Assembly: GCF_018977255.1 (NCBI RefSeq)
Contig: NW_024704742.1
Location: 23,190,001 to 23,254,000 of the forward strand
Source of the DNA: Callorhinchus milii
Taxonomy: Eukaryota
Length of the DNA stretch: 64,000 nt
Reading direction: 5' to 3'
Below, piece after piece: positions 53,356-64,000 of this stretch. Position 1 is the first letter of the stretch. Each line of letters starts with the position of its first letter. The position numbers and the translations under genes were made by a program. The notes below the pieces were generated by a model, which worked only from the letters and a program-made list of their open reading frames with translations, made no database searches and was not told the DNA's origin.

Positions 53356-53640
53356 GTTATCGAAGGTGCCAGGTGAGGCATTGAATTATTGTTCGGGTAG
53401 ATGTTAAGTGGCAGTGCTTTGAAGAGAGGCAGTGAGCTCACCTGGTGTTCTGGTCAACATTGAGTGCTTGGAGAGGTTTGAGCATGCTGTACCAAATGTA
53501 GGTTTCATTGTAAAAGGATGAAAATTGTGGTCACAACTGTTGTGGTATCATTGATACAGATTCTGTTTACTGAGGAGGTTATAGTTTGCGTTTTGTTTTT
53601 AATAACAGTTGAAATGTAAAACAAAAGAGATTTTGCATTG

Positions 53641-54820
53641 AGAAACCTCTGAGAGTTGTAATATTTAAGGTAAGAGGAAATTGGTTCTGATTCCTGTTGG
53701 CGTTTGCTGTACATTGTGTAGATGTGTGAATCCTGGAGCCAGTCTGTGCTCCCCTCGCCTAATAAACTGGTGGCCAAAATTCCACCCTGAACGTTATTGG
53801 TGTAAATTAAGATGGCTGTTGTAATTTGGAAAGTTGATGGGAAAAGAAATGTTAATTGTAAGCACAAAATTCCAGCGCAAGAGAAAATTGCCTACTGAAT
53901 GACACTGTGAAATTAAATCATATTATCGGAAAGGATATGTGTTCAATAATGGAGAGTTGTCTGCTTTCCTTGCACATTTGTGTGTCAGGCTGGCTCACTC
54001 TCGCCTCTTGAGTCAAAAAGGTCGTGGGTTCAAGCCCTATGCCGGGGCTTTGAATCACAAAGTCTAACATAGCACGCCAGTGCAATGGTGGGGGCGGGAG
54101 TGCTGCATTGGTGGAAGATTATGCCATCCATCCACTGAAACGTTAAACTAAGATGCTGTCTGCCTGTTTGAATACTAAAGATCCCATGGCAGTATTTGAA
54201 AATAGAAAGAGTTTCTCCCGGATTCCTGCCAAAATTCCCGTAGATAAAATGGGTCATTCAAATCAGGGCTGTTTGTGAAACATTACTATATGTAAATTGG
54301 CTGCCGCGATCATCTGTAAATATTCAGTCATTACACTTCAAAGTATTTTGAGACATGTTCCTCACATGAGAGTCATTATGACGCAAGCAATTTAATTATA
54401 ATTTCACTCTCCTGTGGTTCACTCCCTGTCTCCTTTGGCAGGTTTGTGAGTATGAAGATGGCACCAAGTCGCTGAAGTTGGGAGACTTTGGCCTGGCTAC
54501 AGTGCTGGATGGGCCCCTCTACACAGTCTGCGGTACTCCTACCTATGTGGCTCCAGAGATCATTGCAGAGACTGGGTAAGCAGCGACCAGAAGCCTCTGA
54601 GAGTTGTAATATCTAGGGTAAGAGGAAACTGGTTCTGATTCCTGTCGGCATTTGCTGTACATTGTGTAGATGTATGAAGCCTGGAGCCAGTCTGTGCTTC
54701 TCTCGTCTAATAAACTGGTGGCCAAAATTCCATGCTGAACGTTACTGGTGTAAATTAAGATGGCTGACATAATTTAGAGAGCTAATGGGAAAAGAAATGT
54801 TAACTGTACACACAAAATTC
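53641..54820. repeat. ~230-bp direct repeat (53641-53872 / 54589-54820) flanking the DFG exon
   Basis: cctctgagagttgtaatat...gggaaaagaaatgttaa.tgta..cacaaaattc present twice. Confidence 0.95.
54442..54575 (+). CDS. DCLK2: DCLK2 exon, DFG-APE activation segment
   Basis: ttggcag|GTT...ACTGG|gtaag; 134 nt; [45 protein letters not shown]. Confidence 0.97.
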
Positions 54821-56103
54821 TTGCAAATTCTATCAAAACTGCTTAAAAGAGTTTTTCACAAGGTTAGGGCAGATTTGATTATAAATTGGAAAAGGTTGCC
54901 TTTTCCCCAGCGGGTGCTTACATCCATCTCTTTGGAACGCCACAGCTATAGTTTGTATTATTGCTAGTAACGTCCAGAGAACTTTATATAAATACATCCA
55001 TGCAGAAGATATGAATATATGCCAACAAACTAAAGGCAAAGGACAACCGACGACAGTCATGAATCTGAATGGTAGTAAAAAGATAGAAATGAGAAGCACA
55101 TGAGGACAAGTTTCGTTAACAATCCAGGCCTCCCCTATTGGAGGTCATTGCTGAAGCCAGGCACGGCTCCACAACCTTAAGCCAAACTCTCATTAGTAAC
55201 AGAGCATTTGGGTTGGTTCCAGTTTCTCCAAAACTCCTCCAATTCCTCTTTGGGTATGAACAAAGCTCTGGTCAGTTCAGTATTGTCAGTTGCTACATTT
55301 GGAAGGGTCCTCCACCTGCCCTCTTCATTAGCTGCTGTTGTGTAGCATCTTCCCAGGAGAAGAAAACAGGCTTGGGTGTCAGTCTGCCTCAGTTGGTAGC
55401 CCTCTCATCTTTGAGTTAGACAGTTGTGGTCCCACATTAGGACTTTGAACTCACAGTCAAGGCTGACACTCCAACTCAGTGCTGGGGCTGACCTGCATTG
55501 TTGGAGGTGCCATCCTTTGGATGAAATGTTAATGTGAGGTCCCACCTGCTTGTTAAAGTGGATGTTAAAGATCCCATAGAGCTATTTGAACAGAAAAGAG
55601 AGATTGTCCTGGTGTTCTGGCCAACCAATCCCCAAATAAAATTGGTCACTCACTTTGTGGCTGTTTGTGGGGACATTGCTGTGCGCAAATTGGCTGCTGC
55701 ATTCGCCTCCTCCTTTGCCTGGTCCCTTTATTGTAGGGTCATGTACGTACGAAGGCAACTTATCCTGGATCTATTCTTAGAGAGAGCTGCCTTCAGGGGT
55801 ATTCAGGGATACTTACCAATTCATTGAACTGTTGTGTTCAATAAGGGAATCAGCAGTTTATTAAAGCGCAAATGCCAGAGGGAGCCACAAGTGCATTAGT
55901 TCTTCCTGCAGACTCTTTGCACATGAGCTTTTCTTTATTGTTTTGTTTCATGTTAATGTTTTATGTGCGCTCGGTGTACTCAGTGTTCGCTATCCACCCA
56001 GGTACAGATTCCTGTCAGAAAGGGGTCTGTTCTTTCTGACCCCAGTAATTCCCTCTGCACCGGCTGTGGTTGATCTGATCCTCTGCTGTTACTATTCTTA
56101 CAG

Positions 56104-56181
56104 GTATGGCCTGAAGGTGGATGTCTGGGCTGCGGGGGTCATTACGTACATCTTACTGTGTGGCTTTCCTCCATTCCGCAG
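56104..56181 (+). CDS. DCLK2: DCLK2 exon, kinase subdomain IX
   Basis: cttacag|GTAT...CGCAG|gtaaat; 78 nt; [26 protein letters not shown]. Confidence 0.97.
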
Positions 56182-56869
56182 GTAAATCTGCAGCAAAATT
56201 CAACCCCACCCTCCGCTTCCAGAAATGGCTTGTGATTGTCTAAAATGGGGCACCAATTTGTGGGGCTGCCAAATTATGAGAGAGGGTGGGGGGTGGTGGG
56301 GGGGTGGGGGAGAACAAGCCAAAAAGCATCAAACATCACATTTAAAAACTTTGTTGAGTTTAAATGGAACTTATGAAGTAGATGCACAAGATGGTAAGTC
56401 TCAGAAGCCAATCACAGGGACACACAGGAAATTTCCCATATTCCCATCCCCTGCCCCTCATCTCCTTTAATCTTCAATGCTCTCTGTCGTCTAACAGCTA
56501 TTATAATATAATATGATAATCCTATTACATATGTGAAGCACTGACAGACGTTTCTTAGGAGTCGATCAAACCCGAGGAGGTTCCGACAAACTGGAAACAA
56601 GCAAACGTGGTTTCGGTTTTCAAGGACAGAGACAGGAACAGAAATGTACCTGATATTGTCCAGGAACATTCATTAGTCTGAACAGTTCATTGGAAAAATG
56701 TTAACGGAATCAACCATTAGAAACAAAATGGCAGATTATCTGTACAAAAGTGATAACCATAATCCTTGGTTATAGCACCTTATCATGTCATTGAGACGTC
56801 TCAAAGAGTTTCACAGGATACACTTTAAAAAGTAACTTACAAAATGGCAACCAACATGGCTATAAAGGG

Positions 56870-57295
56870 GCTTGACTTTGTCCGATCAGCCTCACAGTCT
56901 TTTTGTGGAGGGTAAACATCAAATTAACAGTGGGGAAGGATGTCATATAGTACACCCAAGCTTCCAAAGGGCATTTGATGAAATAGCACCTGAGAGACTC
57001 CTTACAAACTGGTGTTGCCGATTACCAAGTATAATAATAATAATAATCCTTACATTTGATAAAGCACCTGTCAAGTCTTCAGGACATCTCAAAGCGCTTC
57101 ACGAAATATACTGTCGAGTAAATTGACTGTGTATTTTGTGTGCGAAACAACAATGTAAACGATTGACGTGATTCAGTACTGGCTAAAGGAAAGGAAAGAC
57201 AAGAGTCATTAGAGGAGCTAGGTCTCAATGAGCGGAGATATTGAGTGGAGCACCAGCCTGTGCTGGGAGTCCTCCTGTTTTTGTCTACAAAAATT
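56870..57295 (+). mobile_element. Old CR1 RT fragment interrupted by a - strand SINE tail (~57030-57145)
   Basis: SFQRAFDEIAPERLL resembles CR1 DFQKAFDKVPHKRLL. Confidence 0.7.
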
Positions 57296-57603
57296 CAGAG
57301 CGAGTAAATTAAGCTATGGGGATTCTGGCATCAATCTACTACCTTCCTCCCAATCACTGTAAGCTTTAGGAATGTCATAAAATATTTTGTGTAAAATCAC
57401 CCTCAAATTATTTCCACGTCAGCTATTGACAGGGATAGTGCAATTACACAGTTTTGGAATATTCTGCACATTATCAGGGAGAGGCCGAGACCCTGGAATA
57501 AAAAGCTCCATCTGATATGCAGGAAGGTCTGGGAGAACTGAACGAGTTGGAAGACGTGGTTTCCCATCGCTCCAGAAATAATCCTATTATTCTGTTCCCG
57601 CAG

Positions 57604-57700
57604 TGAGAACAATCTCCAGGAGGACTTGTTTGATCAGATTCTCATTGGGCGGCTGGAGTTTCCCTCTCCCTATTGGGACAACATCACTGGCTCAGCCAAA
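57604..57700 (+). CDS. DCLK2: DCLK2 exon, kinase subdomain X
   Basis: cccgcag|TGAG...AAA|gtacgt; 97 nt; [32 protein letters not shown]. Confidence 0.96.
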
Positions 57701-58749
57701 GTACGTACAATACAATAAAATACAACTTAGATGGTGCCTTTCATGTCAGTAAGATGTCTCAAAGTGATCTACCCTGCTGGCTGGGAACCCAAACTGTTGG
57801 GGGGGAGGAGGGGAGGATTGACCCCAAGTGGGCTTTGAAGGTAGGAAGGGAGGGGGGAGACGGACGGCAACATGAAGGAAATAACATCAGCAATGATCTG
57901 ATGGCACGGAAATCGGCTATTTTCTCACCCGTCACTTATAAGGCAGGCTCTGAGATACTGGACCCTGAAATTGCCTGCAACAAATCCTTCCAATTAACCA
58001 GCAATTTATTGAAGTAAATTTCTCATTGAATTCTGGCTTCTAAACAGAAGGTATTTGTTTCTGGCGAGTTCAAACTTGGTTCATAGTTATGATGAGAGCG
58101 CAAGGTGGACAAAGTGCCGTCAACTCATGTTACCCAGAGGGAGAGCCGGAGGGAGAAGGTGCAGTGTTACAGTTGAATTGTTTCTCTACAAAGCAGCACG
58201 TGTTTCAAACGGCTTGGCAGAGCTTTGTTTATTAACGATTCACATCTTGAGTGAGTGTGAGCAGGGTGCAGGGCTCTCAACCCAAAAGCAATTTAGTGAC
58301 TCTATTGATCAGTGAATGGTGGACAGATTGGGGTCTGTTGAGTCTAGATCTTAGATGCTCCCCCCCCTCCCCAACACCCTCAGCACCTTCACAGACGTAG
58401 ATACACACACAGTGATGAGAGCAAACTTCGGAAACTCTGTCAGTCAAACTAGCATTACGGGAGAGAGAACGCTGCTGCTTTCTGGGAGAGAGCAGGACCA
58501 AGTATCAAAGCATCAAAATGGAAACTTTTAGCAGATTTCTTCACAGCGAGTGCTGCCACCTGTGTTTATTTCCTGTTTTGGTGAAACACTCTATGTGTTA
58601 CCAGTGGACTTTTGGTAGACAGAATAGCAGCAGGACTGGCCTAGACACCGCTGTCTCTCAGTCTCCAGGCCTCGCCTCACCTACAATTATTTCCAGCTTC
58701 TTTCCCACTTACTGCGATTGCACATTTCAATGCTGTCATTTTGTTGCAG

Positions 58750-58830
58750 GAATTAATTGGTCGAATGCTACAGGTAAACATCGAGGCTCGATACACCGCT
58801 GAGCAAGTTCTGACGCATCCCTGGGTGGCT
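58750..58830 (+). CDS. DCLK2: DCLK2 exon, kinase subdomain XI
   Basis: gttgcag|GAA...GCT|gtgagt; 81 nt; ELIGRMLQVNIEARYTAEQVLTHPWVA. Confidence 0.96.
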
Positions 58831-59601
58831 GTGAGTATGGAGGTGGTGAACCACGGGGTATCTGTGCCTCCTGAGTGAGGTGATGGCAAGTGCACCTGGG
58901 GTTATGCTGATGGCCTCATTCAGTGACAGGAGTGAACTGTGTGATAAGACGTTGCTTTTCCTCCTGGCCAGGCAGTGCCAGAACTCATGCTCATTGCAGA
59001 TACAAACTGATTTCAGGTAAAAAAAAATACCACTGGATGAACTGGCTCCAAGGTGACATGTTTGACAACGGAATGTCAGAATCGAGCGAGCCCTCTTGAC
59101 GGTCTCAGTAGTCCAGGTCCTGAGCCAGGCAGGTTCACAGTATTGCAGGGCACTGCTGATGACAGCACAGGGCAGACCAGTCACTGAAGGCAGGGACTCT
59201 TCCCATTCAGCTCCCATTCAGTTCCCGATAACCCTGCAAGCCAAAGCCCTCATGAGTAGCGTGGTCCTAGCTGGACAATCAGTGGGAAAGCTTGCCAGAC
59301 AGCGCTTTCAATGGCAAGCTACATGGTTTTAGCTGGTTATTCTCCAGCAGTACCCCAACGTCCACAGTCACCATGAGTTTTAAGTCCAAGGTTTGCTTAG
59401 CGTGACACTGAACAGCGTACCTCAAACTGTTTGGTGACACTCTTTGTGGATGGTTTGTGTTGTGATGCAAAACTGCTCTGTGGTCCATTCCATGGATACA
59501 CTCGTGGTGGTGAGGGACGGGGGTGGGGGGGGGGGTGTTGAGAGACGGGCGGGAGGGTGTAAGATGAGCCACTGGGAGTAATGGTCGCTTCCTGTCTGCA
59601 G

Positions 59602-59715
59602 GACGACACAGCACAAGAGAGAGACATGCAGGTCGCAGTAACCGGCAAGCTCAGAAAGCACTTTAACCCAACGGCAAAGCAGAGCAATACTGCGGCAAAT
59701 GTCAGCGTGATTATG
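59602..59715 (+). CDS. DCLK2: DCLK2 exon, start of C-terminal tail
   Basis: gtctgcag|GAC...ATG|gtaagt; 114 nt; DDTAQERDMQVAVTGKLRKHFNPTAKQSNTAANVSVIM. Confidence 0.95.
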
Positions 59716-61746
59716 GTAAGTGGGACACACACACGCGCACACTCCACACACTCGAGAGTGCCTCACATGACTCGAGTAGGCTAAAGCTTACCACCTCAGC
59801 TCCAACTGGAGTAGGAACTTCCCTGAGAGTGCCCCTAGAGTGAGGTTTACCGTCTAGCTGTAGGAGGGAGCTGCCATACTGGCTCAGGATAGGGAACGGT
59901 AACCAATAGCAACCCGCCTCACTTTCTCCGGGAGTGTAAGAGGCTTGTCTTCACCCTCAGGCAGACAGATTGAGACTGTGGCAACATGTCCTGTCGTCAG
60001 TGCTACCTCAGGCTGACGTTCTGGGCACTGTTACCTGTAGCGACTTTAATGGTGAGAGGGAGTCCCATTAGAATACCAGCAGGCCTGATCAGCCACATCA
60101 CAGCCAACTGACCTTTGAGATCCATCAATTCATATTTTACCTCTACAAAGGGTAAAGTTTTAAAGAGGTGGAGGGGATTTTGTGGGGAGGACAGGTCCTT
60201 GGTGTATATTAAAGGAGGGAGACTCAAACCTGCAGTGGAACACTGACCAGTCTCGTTTCCCCCCTCCCCCCCACCCCCACGCCTACTTTTGGTTTGTTGA
60301 TCTACGAGCATCTAAAACTCAACCACTGCAACCAGGGTTCACCACGGATGGGAACTGGAAGCTGGTGACCCTGACCTGTGGGAATTATGCTCTGGTGAGA
60401 TACACTTCTGGGCGTATGGGAGCTGAGTTCCCTCCGGTTGTGTAACAAACTTTGAATATATTATTGATTGTTCTGCTGGTGAATTTCCATTACCAGAACG
60501 AACAAGCAGCACATACGCATATACACACAGAGAAGGAAAACAATTGCTATTGATAAGAGAAAAAAATTATTAAATCCACTGTATTTTTTTCCCCTCGCAA
60601 ATTTTCTCCCTCCTTTACCATTCTAAATTTATGTGACTCTATATTCCCTCTACCAGGGTTTGGTTCCAAAGACAACCTCAGCTACTTTGTCCATTTTCAT
60701 GAACCTTGACATTTGACCACATTGGGCATCACCGAGGATACTTTCCTGCTCGATGTTCACACATTACATACCTCGAGCAAGGCTTGCTAGGCAGCAATGG
60801 AAAGATTGGCTGATTCTCCCTTTCCTTACCCAGGACAATAAGGCCAGTTTCAGGGGCCGCAATGCTGGTATGACAAAGATCAGCTACTCCAGCATAGCTC
60901 GGATGTCAAAAACTGGCAAATTAGGATCGCACTTTCCAGAATTCTGCCCGGTTTTAAATTTTAAGACAACCCTGTCTTACATGTTAAGGGTAGATGGAAT
61001 TTCGGGTATCCAATCACTAACCAGAGGTGCCCACTGGCAGGACGCATGGGGGTGGGATGGGGGGAGGTGTGGTTTTGGGTGGGTGGGGGAGAGAGTTGTG
61101 TGAGACCAAGATTGGCTTCTGCTGTGATCTTCCTTCCCCCAGTGGCACTCACTGTCACGGCTCAGGGGTGAATAGAGACCGCTTGGGTTAGGTACGGTGT
61201 AGGCCACTAGTGGGTGGAGACAGATCCCAATATGAGTCAGAACAAGAGAAAATTGGATTTTTTTTTGCAAAAGACAAATGTCAATAGCAATTAGATTAAA
61301 TTTTTCATATTGAAAGGCTTGAATTGTTTAACCCACAAATCTCACATGTTCCCTCCCTCACCACATTCCTAATATTTTCTTTCATTCTCCTGACTGTTGG
61401 TTGAAGATCCATCTGGTTATACAGGGACTTACGCCTCCTCGCCCTTCCCCACCCCACTCCCCTTGCCCCCAGCTGTCAGCACCTGATACAGCATAGTGTA
61501 ATGGATTGAGAGCCAAAATCAGCTCCACTTCCCCTGATGTGGAATTTGACCACATTGGGCATCATACACACTATGCCATACCCAGCAGCTGCCTGACACC
61601 TGGCAACATATCTGACCTTCACGGGCAACCCTGAGTCCTTCAGCTCCCCAGGTGCCTCCTCAGCTGGGGCCCCCAGTGGCCCACGGTATCTCACAGAGAC
61701 CAATCACATATCTCACCATGACTAAGTCTTGCACCTCAAAGAAAAA

Positions 61747-61830
61747 CAAGCTGGTAACTCACAGAGACCAAGCTGGTAACTCACAGAGACCAAGCTGGTA
61801 ACTCACAGAGACCAAGCTTGTAACTCAGAC
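61747..61830. repeat. Tandem repeat, 22-bp unit, about 3.8 copies
   Basis: caagctggtaactcacagagac repeated. Confidence 0.95.
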
Positions 61831-62108
61831 GCCTGACCTCCTTCCGCCTCCCCTCCACCCCCATCCCTAGTCAGTAATAGTACAGAGCAGTTTCATAGTT
61901 TCATAAACTGTAGTGACGGGATGTGCCGGTGTCTGCTCTATTTCCCATGTAATGTCCCATCCTCAACTTGACTCGGGCCAGGTTGGGAAGGGCTGAGTGT
62001 GTGGAATGGCCAAGCAGGATGGTCTCAGTGAATCTCTAACCTACAGCAGTTCTTCCGAATCTGGCCTGACATCTGTTTTGTTTGTGTGCATTTCATGTCT
62101 TTCGACAG

Positions 62109-62120
62109 TTTGAAGTGTAA
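62109..62120 (+). CDS. DCLK2: Candidate alternative stop-containing exon of DCLK2 (FEV*)
   Basis: U/C-rich tract then ttcgacag|TTT GAA GTG TAA; phase 0 fits the preceding exon; repeat-poor sequence follows. Confidence 0.5.
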   Translation, partial: FEV

Positions 62121-63793
62121 AGAGGGAGAGGTTAAAGCTCGATTCCTCGTCCTGAGAAACTGGAAAAACCCTGAAGGACACCATGGTATAGAATGCAGTG
62201 CTAAAACCGGGGAAGCTGGTCACTAACTCCCAGCCCATTCTAAATCTGCATGGCCCATTGCCTTGTGCCTCACAGCTCTTACCTACGCTTTGCCAGTTGG
62301 CTGGACTTCACACGGCGTGGACCAGACTGATGCCCCTGTGTAACCGGAGAGTGCAGAGCTTTCTTATCCCTTGTCTAGATGCTGGATTAAACTCATTTTC
62401 CCCCCACCCACCTTCCCCATCCCTCCCAACCTGCTCAAGATTCAAAGCACCACAAAAACCCTGGACTTCTGGACATTTGAAAGTCTACCGCTCGATAGAT
62501 CTCAGGTGGACTTTCAATCGGAAAGGCCAAAGTTGTGGAAACAGATTCCATGTCTGAACAAGGGCAAAACGTGGTTTAGGACAAGTCGTAGGAGAAATGT
62601 AACATTTCACAAATTAATGGAAGAAAATCCAGACCTTCCCAATAGGAATCCAGCCTGAAATAGTGTGGAATAGGTAGAATGGTCCTGAAGTTCCATCTAG
62701 TGGTAGAAATCAGGAATTACAGCTGTCAAAACTTAGAAGCTTTTGTTTGCTTTCCTTCAGGCTGTGCCTCCTTTTTTTTTAAAAAAAGTTTTATTTATAG
62801 CTCTATTTATTGGCCTTGCATCATGTATTTTCTTCATGTAAGCGCTTGGTTCTCTACGATGTGAGCATGTGCGCACAGTGATGAATTTATTATGGACTGT
62901 GAATTTTTTTTGTAATTATGGTGATGTCTGTATTGAGCTTATCGAAAGCTAACCGAATGTACTCAGCCCTGGTTAAAGGGCAGTTCTAGAGAACCAAGCA
63001 TTTTTCATGTTACAAGGAGGTGTTCTTTAGTGGAGTCCATTAATACTGTTCGGCAACATAGGTTGGAAAACACAAAAGATGAGAAATTCCACCTGGGTCT
63101 AGGTTTACTCTTATTTCATTAGCATTTCATTGTGGGGAATTTAGCAAATTCTTAAATACAGCTTTTAATTTTAAGACATTTTTTCTGTAAGTTATTTTAA
63201 GAACTATAGAGGGATATCTTCAAAGTTGAGACTGAGTTCAACAATTCTCCGAATTCTGGACACTCCAAAATGTTAAGAGTATAGAGTCAATCTTGTTCCT
63301 GGTGGAATTTCTGGTAGTCTAATAACAGGCAGAGATGACATATTCCGGGGAGGATAGTGTTGGGTAAAGAGAACTTCCTTCACTTTCTCGTTAAATGTTT
63401 TAAGTACAGTTGTCTGCTTTCAAAATGAAAAGGGACAAATATTCTTAATTTTGTGCAAAAAATCAGCGTAAAAACTACAGTAACTACATAAAAGAGGAGA
63501 GTGACAGAATTCAGATGAGCTCCGCTCCAGGTCCACTGTCTTTGCTGGATAGTGTTGAGTTTTGATGCATTCAGTGAAATGTCTGGATAGGAATGTGTAA
63601 GACACGCAGACAGTAATGTTAAACCGTTCACAGTGCTACCTGTAAACTGATTGAAGAGTTGCCCGCAGTCACGGTGGTAGTATTTTTTAATATAAATCTG
63701 TATAAACATGTATTAGAAGTATGACTAGTCTCTATCCCTGTGCTTCTTCCCTCCCGTCTCTGGCCTGCATCTGCATTGCTTCTCTCTGAGTAG

Positions 63794-63806
63794 ATCCAAG
63801 GCAATG
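63794..63806 (+). CDS. DCLK2: 13-nt frameshifting microexon of DCLK2 (IQGN+G)
   Basis: ctgcattgcttctctctgagtag|ATCCAAGGCAATG|gtatgt; UGC motifs upstream, TACTAAC and TGCATG downstream. Confidence 0.75.
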
Positions 63807-64000
63807 GTATGTACTAACTGCATTGGCGCTGCTTTGATCTGCTGCACGCATAAGGACTCTGCTGCTTCCTTTTTAAAACAATTTTCAACGTGGGAAAAGG
63901 AGAACTGATTTGTTCAAGACTGACTGAGTTCTCCTGCATGCTTTCCAACCCGATTAGTTCCGTGTTCACCCTGAATATTTTTAACCCAAAGTAGTCGAAG

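Overview
Eukaryotic (vertebrate) genomic DNA, most likely a cartilaginous fish such as a chimaera, judging from the tRNA/Deu-type SINE, L2 and CR1 repeats. The window lies inside one + strand gene, doublecortin-like kinase 2 (DCLK2). I mapped 13 core coding exons (18243-59715) with canonical AG/GT boundaries and consistent phases. They run from the end of the second DCX domain through the Ser/Pro-rich linker and an intact kinase domain to the start of the C-tail. The 5' exons and the canonical last exon lie outside the window. Three small alternative exons are also visible: a 51-nt in-frame cassette (21588-21638), a candidate stop-containing exon giving a C-terminal FEV (62109-), and a 13-nt frameshifting microexon with neural splicing motifs (63794-63806). 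Introns are full of nested L2, CR1 and SINE copies plus several local inverted and direct duplications. Most ORFs in the supplied track are repeat-derived or spurious. I see no evidence of a wholly new system; the best leads are the isoform switches and the intronic inverted repeats.
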